Part shown: one piece after another, positions 10,701 through 22,862 of the stretch
Position numbering within the stretch: the stretch's first letter is position 1
Layout of the letters: each line of letters starts with the position of its first letter
Origin: Macrostomum hystrix
Taxonomy: Eukaryota > Animalia > Platyhelminthes
Direction: 5' to 3'
Assembly: GCA_950097015.1 (NCBI GenBank)
Contig: CATNEN010000038.1
Location: forward strand, 20,150,001 to 20,214,000
DNA: 64,000 bases
Notes under the pieces: generated by a model
Seen by the model: only the letters and a program-made list of their open reading frames with translations
Databases searched by the model: none
Told to the model about the DNA's origin: nothing
Program-made: the position numbers and the translations under genes

Positions 10701-13700
10701 TGCTAGATATTGATGTAGGATGCTAGATATTGATGTAGGATGCTAGATATTGATGTAGGATGCTAGATATTGATGTAGGATGCTAGACATTGATGTAGGA
10801 TGCTAGATATTGATGTAGGATGCTAGATATTGATGTAGGATGCTAGACATTGATGTAGGATGCTAGATATTGATGTAGGATGCCAGACATTGGTGTAGGC
10901 TGCTAGACATTGATGTAGGATGCTAGACATTGATGTAGGATGCTAGATATTGATGTAGGATGCTAGACATTGATGTAAGATGCTAGACATTGATGTAGGA
11001 TGCTAGATATTGATGTAGGATGCTAGACATTGATGTAGGATGCTAGACATTCAACTCAGATGTCATGTTTTATAATACATCTGCAGCAACAGGAGCGAAG
11101 TCGCGAGATGGAGATCGGAATGCGCCGACTGGATGAAGAGAAGAAGCGAGCGAATGAGCTGCTCTACCAGTGCATGCCGCGCTCCATTGCTAGGGCATTG
11201 CGACGGGGTGTCAACCCTTTAGACTTGCTGAAAGTGAGTTTCACAGTAAGATTCCTACTTAGAAGCTTAAAAAAAGATTCACCTATATGAATTCGCAAAA
11301 CATTATTTAGAGCTTCGACCAAGTCAGCATTCTATTTAGCAAGATTGTGGATTTCCCAGCAATCTGCATGGAGATTGAAGTATCTGCTATCGTCCAGCTG
11401 CTCAATTTGATGTACTCGCGATTCGATGAGATCCTTGAAAAGCATCGGGTGTACAAGGTGATCCATCAGATTTTAATTGCTTTTTTCACAATTGCCTGAA
11501 ATCTGACGGTGAGTCGTGGATATGTAATGAGTCCAAATCTCGAACTAAAGTCCTGAGTTCGAATCCGCGTACAATTTAGGCCCATGAGGGACAACCCTCC
11601 AGGACGCAGTGTGAGTGGGTGGTCAATAGACATTCTTAGCCTAAGTGTGAAACCCGCTTGAGCCACCATGCCATCTGAGTAGTTTATGCAAAGTCTTCAG
11701 AACGAATTGAGTAATTTTTTAAGAAAAGCTTCCAATTTAAATTAACATCCTCAGGTGGAAACAATTAGTGACAGCTACCTGATTGTTTCCGGCGCGCCAA
11801 TTAAGACGCCGCTACATGCTGCGCACATCGCCGAGATGGCCTTCGACATGAACAGCGAGTCAAAAAACATCGCCAACCCGGCTGACAGACAAGGCGGCCG
11901 CCTGCAGCTGCAGATCGGCTGTCATTCCGGAGGCATAGCGGCTGGCATCGTCGGCCTAAGAATGCCGCGCTACTGTCTGTTCGGCGACACCGTCAATGTG
12001 TCCTCCCGCATGATGAGCCACGGCGCGCCGGGACGAATTCATGTCAGCGAGAACTTTCAGCGACACCTGCGCGATCTGCCGTATCGTCTGTCTGAGCGCG
12101 GCCGGCTTGAAGTGAAAGGCAAGGGCGGCATGACTACGTACTTTTTAGAGGCGCGAGAGCGTCAAGGGTACGCTGAGCTGCGACGTCGGTTGGACGAGGA
12201 CCGTGATCGACAGCCGGAGATCGGCGCGGAGTCTGGTACGCCGGAATCCAGGCCATCCACGGTGCTGTCATTGGCACCGGCAACTCCGTCGATGGACGGC
12301 GATGATGACGATGAAGTCACCATGAAGATTGCGGAAGTGGCAGATTTGGACGGCCTTGGAAAGGACTCCTTGTTGCCGTCGCTTCCTCCCACGCCGATGC
12401 CTCCGATAGGCAGTTTGACGTCCCGCAGAAGCTCGAGGACGCCTGCTAACGATCGGCGAACAATGAATCTGGAGACTGGTACACCGTCATCTGATCGAAT
12501 GACACCCCGGGACGATATGAAACCCATAGAGACGCTCGAGAGGGAGAACTCTAAGTCACCACACGAAGACGCGACGACACCCCAGGGAGAAGACGCGAAC
12601 ACGCTCCAGGAGGAAGACGCGAAGAAACCACAGGAAGAAGACGTGAAGACACCTCGGGAAGAGGATTCAGTGTCTTTCCAAAACGATGGCAAAGCAACCC
12701 TGCCCCAAGACACAGCTCCGAAAGATAAGGAAATTATGTTCACAGAAGACAATTTCGTGAATCCAAACAAAATGCGCGACATAACTTCCTTACAAGATGA
12801 GGCCAATGAAGCAGAAAAAAGACGCGATGAGCAAGCTGATCAGGATCTGCGACAGCAAGCCCGATCTCCCACGCCTAACGCCATCCAGAAGGTCGAGAAC
12901 TTCATCATGGCGCATCCGTTAGGCACTAGTGCGGCAGTCGACGACGCTGATATACCAGTTGACACAGGAGCTGACGACAACAGCACGTCGCCCTCAGTGG
13001 CAACTTTGTCAGCGGATGATGTCGGTAATGTCAACGAAAACGATCTCGTCGATGACGACGAGTTGGACTCCGAAATACCAAGCGACAGTGCCGCAAGCTA
13101 TACGTCCGACCCCCAGCCGCACCTTGCCGACGACTTGAGACTCCTGGTGCCGACGCTACCTCAAGGTGGGTCAGCTATAAATGCAACGAAAACTAAAGAC
13201 GACGACCGCACGCTGGTGTCCGGAGACTCATCGAGCGAAGAGGCCTCGGAGCTGGAGGAAGAATTCGACGAAGGAGACGACAGGAGGCGAGGCCGCGGAA
13301 CTGGCATCATTCTTGGCGGGGCGAACTTCGTAGGTCGGGTCTACACCATAGACAAAAAGCGGGTGCAGTTCAATGCGCGGATTAGCTATCGAGAGCTTTC
13401 GCCGCTGATCAAGACCCCAGCATCCGATGAGCCAGTTTCTGTGCCAGAAAATGATGGAGCCGGAGATGGCAGATCCGAGAGCCCGCCTCTGGTTGTGAAG
13501 GCTCTGTCCGTGTTTCTGCCTAAGAACAAGAAGATGAGCTTCCAGGCCAACTTGAAGGAAATGATGAATATGAAAAGCGCCGGAGTCAAGACCTCTCCAA
13601 GGGTGTCCACGACCGTTGGTGCTGCCCTGTCTGACAATTCTCCAGCTGCACAGCCATCCACAAAGCCGAAAACTGAAAATTCCGATTCTGAATCAGAACA

Positions 13701-14463
13701 GCAGCAGCAGCAGCAGATCAACGAACGCAGACGCAGAGTGGGCATTGTGGAACTGGCTCAGAACCCTCTGCTGCGCGCTTTGCAGCAACGAAAAGCGGCA
13801 GAAGAGGCCGCTCGAGAACATGAGCAGGCCAAAGCAGACGGTGGCAAGAAGAGTAGTATCAGCAGCCGCAGCAGTAGTCGATCATCGAGCGTGTCGACAT
13901 TTCGCACGCCCAGTGCAAGGAATTCGCCCAGCGGGCAGTCGTTGTCCGTCAACACAGCTGCGGGCATCATAGCCGGCATCGGCCCCAGCCGGTTGTCGGT
14001 TCCGCAGACGGAGGCGCCGGGTTCGCCGTTATTCAGTCGTCGCTCTAGCGCTGCCACCACCGGAGGCAGTGTGTCGGCGCGTCAAACACCGCAGATTGTG
14101 ATCGGCGAGGGTGGCTCAGCAGCCGACATCGAGGCGAAGCAATCGGAGGTGCCCCGGCTGCCGGACATCAAGCTCAATCAGAGGGTGGTAGCGACTGCGG
14201 CAGTTAACGCAGTTCCGAAGGAGAAGAGGGTGACGTCAGAGCCGGCGCGTTCTGCGAAGGCGACGCAGCCGGTCGAGATGAGGCACCCGGCATCCGGGGG
14301 GACTGCCAGGCAGCCGGCGGACTTTCAGAACACGCTGAGCCAGGATAATTTTCACATTCTGGAGAAAAAGCTTGAGCCATTCGTGGTTGAGACGCCGGAG
14401 AATTCGCCAGAATCGACTTCGCTGGCTTTCGATCTGCCGCACAATGACGGTGAGACTTTGTAG
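7739..14463 (+). CDS. Atypical soluble guanylyl cyclase (Gyc88E/89D-like; H-NOX, PAS, coiled coil, cyclase, long tail). Exons ~7739-8209, 8769-9074, 9158-9354, 9995-10124, 11087-11233, 11311-11457, 11755-14463
   Basis: MYG start, DNVHEYL proximal His, YKTKR, GLYLNDLSMHDCSRE, LLYQCMP, VYKVETISDSY, MPRYCLFGDTVN. Exons join in frame through GT-AG sites. Confidence 0.93.
8300..8500. mobile_element. SINE fragments in sGC intron 1 (3' part of family A, followed by a probable minus-strand tRNA-SINE relic)
   Basis: Matches the family A body and tail (GCGTACAGAATCTGTGTG...GCCCTCCTGCAA); a B-box-like TTCGAACTC follows on the opposite strand. Confidence 0.5.
9464..9935. repeat. 20-bp minisatellite (GGGAAGACATTTATCAATTW), intronic
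   Basis: Directly visible tandem array. Confidence 0.95.
10176..11051. repeat. 20-bp minisatellite (TGATGTAGGATGCTAGAYAT), intronic
   Basis: About 43 tandem units. Confidence 0.97.
11506..11680 (+). mobile_element. Probable tRNA-derived SINE in sGC intron 6
   Basis: B-box-like GAGTTCGAATCC about 50 nt into the segment; only one copy in the window. Confidence 0.35.
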
Positions 14464-14679
14464 CTGTGCTCGCTTAGACCCTACGGGGAGGAGACTACAA
14501 TATGAGCTTGCAGTCAAGTGGTCAGTCAGAGCTTCACACTTATGATCGATGGAAGAACTTTGTGAGCTTGACAAAAGATGCAATTCATTCCCTACTGCTT
14601 CAGCTCACCCAGCTGTCAAATTGGTTCCGGCACCAGCTATTCGTACATGATATTACTTGACTTTCATTTCTATTCCTTC

Positions 14680-16068
14680 CGCTTCAAGGATTAGCCTAGA
14701 CACTTCAAGGATTAGCCTAGACACTCGCTTCAAGGATTAGCCTAGACACTCGCTTCAAGGATTAGCCTAGACACTCGCTTCAAGGATTAGCCTAGACACT
14801 CGCTTCAAGGATTAGCTTAGACACTCGCTTCAAGGATTAGCCTAGACACTCGCTTCAAGGATTAGCCTAGACACTCGCTTCAAGGATTAGCCTAGACACT
14901 CGCTTCAAGGATTAGCCTAGACACTCGCTTCAAGGATTAGCCTAGACACTCGCTTCAAGGATTAGCCTAGACACTCGCTTCAAGGATTAGCCTAGACACT
15001 CGCTTCAAGGATTAGCTTAGACACTCGCTTCAAGGATTAGCCTAGACACTCGCTTCAAGGATTAGCCTAGACACTCGCTTCAAGGATTAGCCTAGACACT
15101 CGCTTCAAGGATTAGCCTAGACACTCGCTTCAAGGATTAGCCTAGACACTCGCTTCAAGGATTAGCTTAGACACTCGCTTCAAGGATTAGCCTAGACACT
15201 CGCTTCAAGGATTAGCTTAGACACTCGCTTCAAGGATTAGCTTAGACACTCACTTCAAGGATTAGCCTAGACACTCGCTTCAAGGATTAGCCTAGACACT
15301 CGCTTCAAGGATTAGCCTAGACACTCGCTTCAAGGATTAGCCTAGACACTCGCTTCAAGGATTAGCCTAGACACTCGCTTCAAGGATTAGCTTAGACACT
15401 CGCTTCAAGGATTAGCCTAGACACTCGCTTCAAGGATTAGCTTAGACACTCGCTTCAAGGATTAGCTTAGACACTCACTTCAAGGATTAGCCTAGACACT
15501 CGCTTCAAGGATTAGCCTAGACACTCGCTTCAAGGATTAGCCTAGACACTCGCTTCAAGGATTAGCCTAGACACTCGCTTCAAGGATTAGCCTAGACACT
15601 CGCTTCAAGGATTAGCCTAGACACTCGCTTCAAGGATTAGCCTAGACACTCGCTTCAAGGATTAGCCTAGACACTCGCTTCAAGGATTAGCCTAGACACT
15701 CGCTTCAAGGATTAGCTTAGACACTCGCTTCAAGGATTAGCCTAGACACTCGCTTCAAGGATTAGCCTAGACACTCGCTTCAAGGATTAGCCTAGACACT
15801 CGCTTCAAGGATTAGCCTAGACACTCGCTTCAAGGATTAGCCTAGACACTCGCTTCAAGGATTAGCCTAGACACTCGCTTCAAGGATTAGCCTAGACACT
15901 CGCTTCAAGGATTAGCTTAGACACTCGCTTCAAGGATTAGCTTAGACACTCGCTTCAAGGATTAGCCTAGACACTCGCTTCAAGGATTAGCCTAGACACT
16001 CGCTTCAAGGATTAGACTAGACACTTCAAGGATTAGCCTAGACACTCGCTTCAAGGATTAGCCTAGAC
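14680..16068. repeat. 25-bp minisatellite (CGCTTCAAGGATTAGCCTAGACACT)
   Basis: About 55 nearly identical units. Confidence 0.98.
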
Positions 16069-16653
16069 ATCTCTAAAATATTTGTTCAGAAATCAGACAT
16101 GTAGCAAAAAAAGGTCAGTCAAGAACATCATATGATTGCAGGTGGGTAATAAATGAAGGGGCAACGCGGCACCTATGCAACACGCAATCTTTCAGAGAAC
16201 ACGGAATTATCTTGGTCAAGGAGGTAAATCGTTTACATTACTATCGAAATGAACCTATTGGAACGCATAAGTACTCGTGTAGATTTTATTTAGGACAAAA
16301 ATGCTCTAATCATTGTTTTCAGGATTAAGGGGCTGGTTCCCTGTTGCTAATTCGCTGATAGCTGATGAAAATCTGCCAGATTATAAAGCTTCGTATCGAA
16401 ATAAGATTACCGAAAAAAACTGTTGCAGAAGACTGCTCAGAGTGGAAATTCTGCGCCACATTGGACAGTGAAAACCTGGCCAGCAGTTGTCAGCGGATTA
16501 GAACACCGCGCGGTGTCTATGGCAGACAGATGAAGAGCCTGGGTGAGGCGGCCTGGTGCCGAGTCACCATTTTTGTTTTAATTTTGCTTTTACCTGGTTA
16601 TTTCGGTTTTAAAAAATAAATAGGAGATAACAGGAAAATGAGCCTCTACAATC

Positions 16654-16980
16654 GGGGTTGAGTGGCAGAGTGGTTCACTCGTCTGCTTTTCGCACCAACG
16701 TCCCTGAGCTCAATTCCGAGGCGAGGCCACATTAATTTGGGGCGCAGCCGCGGAGAGAAGGCTTGGGGGCTTGTCGTGCAATTTACGCCCTTGAGGGCCA
16801 ACCTCCAAGGCACAGAGACAGTGTACACTGCCTGACGATGAGAAAGTCAGGGCAGATGTACACACCTGTGTGAGCGTATGCTTGCGTACAGTATCTGTGT
16901 GCGTGTGTGCTCAGGAGTCAGCGGAATGGGCAGAATCGCCGTCTCGCTGGCTGCGGGTCTAGTGTCACTAAGTGGTGCGC
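16654..16980 (+). mobile_element. tRNA-derived SINE, family A
   Basis: A-box TGGCAGAGTGG and B-box-like AGCTCAATTCC; at least six homologous copies in the window. Confidence 0.85.
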
Positions 16981-17190
16981 CAGTGAGTGTGTATAGCAGT
17001 TTACGTTACTTTAACACCTCAACTTTGAAATTTGGATTCGATTTGATTTTGTTCATTGAACACAGTTTTTGCATGTCAAGTCAGATCAGCAAACAATAGT
17101 TTTTTTAGTGTCGTCTTCATCTTTAAACGCACAGCTAATATTAATATCGAAAATTGCTAAACATTGGTTGCCCTATAACAACTCTTTTAG

Positions 17191-17360
17191 GAGCAGTTTT
17201 GAGTCAGGGTCTGGCTGAGCTGGCCGAAGTTCGACCAGCTGATCCCATCGAACATCTGGGCCTGTGGCTGCGACACACCGCCAAGATGCATAGCGGCAAC
17301 CTTAGCTCGACAAGCGAGCAGCAGCAGCAGGAGCAGCAGCAGGAGCAGCAGCATCAGTAG
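17191..17360 (+). CDS. Dpy-30 motif (DYDC-like) protein, last exon; 5' exon uncertain (phase-compatible donors at ~16222 and ~16542)
   Basis: GAVLSQGLAELAEVRPADPIEHLGLWL matches the Dpy-30/DYDC dimerisation motif; acceptor CTCTTTTAG at 17190. Confidence 0.75.
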
Positions 17361-17597
17361 TAGTATTTATAGATTTGACACAATCATCCCTAAAGAGCAG
17401 TCAATACAATAGAATCTATACCAAAAAACAATGAAAAAGTTCAACGTCCTGATACTTTTTTCAGAATTGTATTATGCCGAAAAAATTCAATTCAATAAAA
17501 AAAGCGACAAAATTCTTAGCTTTTTTAACTACATTTTTTCATAATGTCCTTCTCTTAAATTGTATTTTTTGAGATCGAAGCTATATTTTCTAGTCAG

Positions 17598-18009
17598 TGA
17601 GTTCCAGTGGAGTCAGTGGGTTCCTGCAGTGGAGTCAGTGGGTTCCAGTGGAGTCAGTGGGTTCCAGTGGAGTCAGTGGGTTCCAGTGGAGTCAGTGGGT
17701 TCCTGCAGTGGAGTCAGTGGGTTCCAGTGGAGTCAGTGGGTTCCAGTGGAGTCAGTGGGTTCCAGTGGAGTCAGTGGATTCCAGTGGAGTCAGTGGGTTC
17801 CAGTGGAGTCAGTGGGTTCCAGTGGAGTCAGTGGGTTCCTGCAGTGGAGTCAGTGGGTTCCAGTGGAGTCAGTGGGTTCCAGTGGAGTCAGTGGGTTCCA
17901 GTGGAGTCAGTGGGTTCCAGTGGAGTCAGTGGGTTCCAGTGGAGTCAGTGGGTTCCAGTGGAGTCAGTGGGTTCCTGCAGTGGAGTCAGTGGGTTCCAGT
18001 GGAGTCAGT
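17598..18009. repeat. 19/22-bp minisatellite (CCAGTGGAGTCAGTGGGTT)
   Basis: Tandem array. Confidence 0.95.
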
Positions 18010-18237
18010 TGGTTGGACAGCAATAGCTACTTTACAGTACATACACTTGCTTATGTCCATTCAGATACAGTATTCATTGTTGAAATACAATACCCCATTG
18101 TACAATTGATCTTCCCGTTAAATGCTTTGACTCATAGACTCCGGGACAATTGCCATTTTGAAATTTCACTCCCTAAAGTTACACTACACCCAAACAGATA
18201 GGATAGTCTAGGACAATAGCAGCTGTCTTCTATCGGT

Positions 18238-18310
18238 GGCCCTGTGGCCTAATGGATAAGGCGTCTGACTTCGAATCAGAAGATTGCAGGTTCGAGTCCT
18301 GCCAGGGTCG
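18238..18310 (+). tRNA. tRNA-Arg(UCG) copy 1
   Basis: 73-nt cloverleaf, anticodon arm TCTGA-CTTCGAA-TCAGA, T-loop GGTTCGAGTCC, downstream oligo-T. Confidence 0.97.
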
Positions 18311-18854
18311 AGTCAATATCTTTTTTAAAAAAATTATTAGCAACCTCGATCTTGAGTGCAATCTTTTTCCCCTATTATAACCTTATCGTTTTGTAGCATG
18401 AGGCTTTTCGATTATGCTGCCCAACTATACTATAAATTGTTTATGAGATTGCTGATTCGATTTTGAGACCTGTCATCGCAACGCCTGTACACCAAGCTGT
18501 GCGCCGGCGAAGGCTAAGATTAGCGGGACACGTGATTAGCGGGTCACGTGATTAGCGGGTCACGTGATCCGAGACAAACTTGGCCTTACCCGGCTCGCCC
18601 AGCCAATCAACGCGCACTATAGGGTCAGAAGAAACTCGGCTAATGCCACACCCGGGCAGCCAGAGTCGTGAACCAATCGCGGAACCAATCTGCAGGAAAC
18701 TCAGAGCGAATGATAAGGAGAAAAATAAGGTTGAGAGAGAAGGCCTACAATAATAAAAAACACAATAAATGTACGATTAGGATGGGATCCAACAAATATT
18801 TTAAGGTCTTTTAAATAATTTTACGAGTAATTAATTACCGATGGCCCCTGACTA

Positions 18855-19040
18855 TGCCAGTTGTACAGCCAACAGTACAGCCGCGGCGATTGTGCGACAC
18901 GCATCTCATGAAGGCTGAGCACAGTTGTTCAGTCCATGGACTGGTGGGACGCCACACCCTCCCTCAATTACCCCAGCTGGGTGAAGTGAAGCAATCCAGA
19001 GATAACACAGATAAGCTAGGGTGTTGCTAAAGGGCGCAAA
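18855..19040 (-). mobile_element. SINE-like repeat, family B (degenerate)
   Basis: Shares CAGCCGC...GAAGGCTG...CAGTCCATGGACTGG with 29661-29870 and, inverted, with 52385-52505. Confidence 0.65.
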
Positions 19041-19226
19041 TCGTTCCAGACTACAACTAGGCTATAATCCCCATTTTAACCTTGTATACTACTGATCAGG
19101 TTGAGTAGCATGAGTAGAGTTTCATTATTCCCTGACAACCTGATACTCGCATGACTTGAGTCTGCATGCTAAGCATTGAAATTCCTTCACAATAGTCTAG
19201 GACAATAGCAGCTGCCTACAATAGGC

Positions 19227-19299
19227 GGCCCTGTGGCCTAATGGATAAGGCGTCTGACTTCGAATCAGAAGATTGCAGGTTCGAGTCCTGCCAGGGTCG
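19227..19299 (+). tRNA. tRNA-Arg(UCG) copy 2
   Basis: Identical to copy 1. Confidence 0.97.
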
Positions 19300-19456
19300 G
19301 GCTAAAGTCAATTTTTTTGTAAAAAAGTTTAACAAATTGGAGCATGGACAACCTAATAGAGATAGTAATTATTAAAACTAGCTAATTTAAAAGTTTTAAT
19401 TGTCCTGCAAGTCTTAGATAGCAAAGTTTGCTTTCTGCTGCTGGTGTGGGATATTA

Positions 19457-19872
19457 GTTCTCTGCTGTTGGGGAGACATTGGTTCTCTGCTGCTGCTGGG
19501 AGACATTGGTTCTCTGCTGCTGGGGGGACATTGGTTCTCTGCTGTTGGGGAGACATTGGTTCTCTGCTGCTGCTGGGAGACATTGGTTCTCTGCTGTTGG
19601 GGAGACATTGGTTCTCTGCTGCTGGGGGGACATTGGTTCTCTGCTGCTGGGAGACATTGGTTCTCTGCTGCTGCTGGGAGACATTGGTTCTCTGCTGCTG
19701 GGAGACATTGGTTCTTTGCTGCTGGGGGGACATTGGTTCTCTGCTGCTGGGAGACATTGGTTCTCTGCTGCTGCTGGGAGACATTGGTTCTCTGCTGCTG
19801 GGAGACATTGGTTCTCTGCTGCTGGGGGGACATTGGTTCTCTGCTGCTGGGGGACATTGGTTCTCTGCTGCT
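19457..19872. repeat. ~23-27-bp minisatellite (GGGAGACATTGGTTCTCTGCTGCT)
   Basis: Tandem array with variable CTG number. Confidence 0.95.
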
Positions 19873-20331
19873 TTCGTTGTCTCTTCGGAGGGACGTTCGG
19901 TGCCACAAGGAGGGGAGCGAATTCACAATTTTAAATTCATTAGATTATTGAGAATTCGCAAAGCTTATTATAAAATCTTTTTTATGTCATATTAATAGCG
20001 TAAGTTGGACGTAATTTGCTAAATGTCGATTATTTGTATTTTTGTTGCAATCAATCAACTTTATCGTTATTAATTGCGTTTTATTACAGTCTATACTTCG
20101 CCCTGAATTTCGGTTTCTAAATATGACCCAATAAAAGACCTGACCCTAAAAGGACATTGCTGAACAAAACAGAAGGGGTAGTATAAAGTCGAAATTCAAA
20201 CTACAATTCTGACTATTTAGGGTTTCAGTAAGTGTGAGTAAGGGCGACCATTTTGCACATTCTCAACAACTGCTTCCCAATGTAGCCCCAAACCCGATAG
20301 TCTAGGACAATAGCAGCTGTCTTCAATAGGC

Positions 20332-20404
20332 GGCCCTGTGGCCTAATGGATAAGGCGTCTGACTTCGAATCAGAAGATTGCAGGTTCGAGTCCTGCCAGG
20401 GTCG
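20332..20404 (+). tRNA. tRNA-Arg(UCG) copy 3
   Basis: Identical to copy 1. Confidence 0.97.
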
Positions 20405-20473
20405 GGCTGAAGACTATATTTTTTGTGTGTGCTTTACCATACAATATTCTAAGCTTGATCGTCGGGTTGACAC

Positions 20474-20832
20474 GAGCTTGTCAGCCTTATCAGCGAGCTT
20501 GTCAGCTTTGACAGCGAGCTTGTCAGCGAGTTTGTCAGCTTTGTCAGCGTGCTTATCAGCGAGCTTGTCAGCGAGCTTGTCAGCGAGCTTGTCAGCGAGC
20601 TTGTCAGCGAGCTTGTCAGCGAGCTTGTCAGCGAGCTTGTCAGCGAGCTTGTCAGCGAGCTTGTCAGCGAGCTTGTCAGCGAGCTTGTCAGCGAGCTTGT
20701 CAGCGAGCTTGTCAGCGAGCTTGTCAGCGAGCTTGTCAGCGAGCTTGTCAGCGAGCTTGTCAGCGAGCTTGTCAGCGAGCTTGTCAGCGAGTTTGTCAGC
20801 CTTGTCAGCGAGCTTGTCAGTGACCTTATCAG
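20474..20832. repeat. 12-bp minisatellite (GAGCTTGTCAGC)
   Basis: Tandem array. Confidence 0.95.
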
Positions 20833-21019
20833 TTTTAAACCTGTCAGAGTGCTTAATACTGAAATTACAAGTTGTATACTACTGACCGATTTGAGTAGCA
20901 TAGGCATAATCACAATATTCCCTTTCCCTTTAAATACGCAATTTGATACCCGCATGATTTTAATTCTTCAACCGTTGATTCACAATAGTCTAGGACAATA
21001 GCAGCTGTCTTCGATAGGC

Positions 21020-21092
21020 GGCCCTGTGGCCTAATGGATAAGGCGTCTGACTTCGAATCAGAAGATTGCAGGTTCGAGTCCTGCCAGGGTCG
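21020..21092 (+). tRNA. tRNA-Arg(UCG) copy 4
   Basis: Identical to copy 1. Confidence 0.97.
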
Positions 21093-21665
21093 GGCTGAAG
21101 CCAATTTTTTTGGCTTCATAAGTAGATAAGTAGTTGCACATAAATTAGGCTGAAGTCCTCTTTTTGTGACGCTTGTTGCCATTTTTGTGTATGTTTTGTG
21201 CTCAATGACAAATAAAATAAGCTTACTAAGACTGACATAATTGCTTGGGATTTCTGATTGAAGTCGTGAGGTCCTGTCCTAATATAATATTATTTGCATG
21301 AGGGCTGCGGGACATGATTTGGAGTGTTTGAGTGAGTCTATGGAGTGTAGGAGTGAGTCTATGGAGTGTAGGAGTGAGTCTATGGAGTGTAGGAGTGAGT
21401 CGATGGAGTGCAGCAGTAGTTATTTGAATTTTTGGCTGATTTCGAGAGTCTAGATGCATTGACAGATGACACAATGGAGAGGGATGTCGCAGTACCCAGT
21501 TATCATGCATGTCCCCTATGGGCTACTTAATGGATTGAGTAGTCAAAGTAAATTCACGCCACTGTTTCCTCAGTACTCTGGAGGCAACCCGATACCCGCA
21601 TGATTTTAATTCTTCAACCGTTGATTCACAATAGTCTAGGACAATAGCAGCTGTCTACAATAGGC

Positions 21666-21738
21666 GGCCCTGTGGCCTAATGGATAAGGCGTCTGACTTC
21701 GAATCAGAAGATTGCAGGTTCGAGTCCTGCCAGGGTCG
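21666..21738 (+). tRNA. tRNA-Arg(UCG) copy 5
   Basis: Identical to copy 1. Confidence 0.97.
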
Positions 21739-21902
21739 GGCTGAAGACGATATTTTTTGCTATGATATTTACAAGCTACCGGGCAAGATTCTAGAGTTCT
21801 CAGGCTTTTAGGTCGTTTCCAATAAATACAAGAGAGAAATTATAAATTGCCACAACTCTTCAGCATGTCAACGTTGTTATCATCGAGCTTAGCGGCCTCA
21901 CA

Positions 21903-22271
21903 TGTTAACCTCACCGCCTAACCTGTTAACCTCACCGCCTAACCTGTTAACCTCACCGCCTAACCTGTTAACCTCACCGCCTAACCTGTTAACCTCACCG
22001 CCTAACCTGTTAAACTCACCGCCAAACCTGTTAACCTCACCGCCTAACCTGTTAACCTCACCGCCTAACCTGTTAAACTCACCGCCAAACCTGTTAACCT
22101 CACCGCCTAACCTGTTAACCTCACCGCCTAAACTGTTAACCTCACCGCCTAACCTGTTAAACTCACCGCCAAACCTGTTAACCTCACCGCCTAACCTGTT
22201 AACCTCACCGCCTAACCTGTTAACCTCACCGCCTAACCTGTTCACCTCACCACGTAACCTGTTAACCTCAC
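21903..22271. repeat. 21-bp minisatellite (TGTTAACCTCACCGCCTAACC)
   Basis: Tandem array. Confidence 0.95.
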
Positions 22272-22722
22272 TGTTGGTATCACTGTTGATCTCACTTGTC
22301 GCATTGTATATTATGATATGCCATTCTAATTTTTACACAGTTATGTTGGTCAATCACGAAAGGGATTAAAATCCGGTTCATACTACTTGATATTCATAGC
22401 CAATCGGCTATGCAGCTAAACGAGTCACGAAATGCCGTACTATTTAAATTTACGAAACTCAAAGTAAAATAATTTTTCAGTTTAATTTGATCTTTCAAAT
22501 CCCAATGTTTTGATACGAACAATTGCCATTGTACTCAAGTGAAGAAACATTCTTTCTGTATTTCTTTCTTCCCGTTGGGGGAAGGAAAAAACACCCACAC
22601 TTTGCTGTTAAAGCGTCGGGATCTAAAGTTTCTACAATGTATACTCTGGCTATACATTCAAGTGGCATGATCAATAACATAGGAAGGATAGTCTAGGACA
22701 ATAGCAGCTGTCTTCAATAGGC

Positions 22723-22795
22723 GGCCCTGTGGCCTAATGGATAAGGCGTCTGACTTCGAATCAGAAGATTGCAGGTTCGAGTCCTGCCAGGGTCG
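22723..22795 (+). tRNA. tRNA-Arg(UCG) copy 6
   Basis: Identical to copy 1. Confidence 0.97.
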
Positions 22796-22862
22796 GGCCG
22801 AAGACTATATTTTTTGTGTGCTTTACCATACAATATTCTAAGCTTGATCGTCGGGTTGACAC

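Noticed and set aside
12162-14583. Antisense and alternate-frame ORFs over the sGC tail
   Set aside because: Shadow ORFs of a GC-rich coding exon with no recognisable motifs.
16828-16862. Possible hammerhead ribozyme (CTGACGA...GAAA) in SINE A
   Set aside because: There is no stem II between the core motifs and no stem I/III arrangement; it folds as a simple hairpin.
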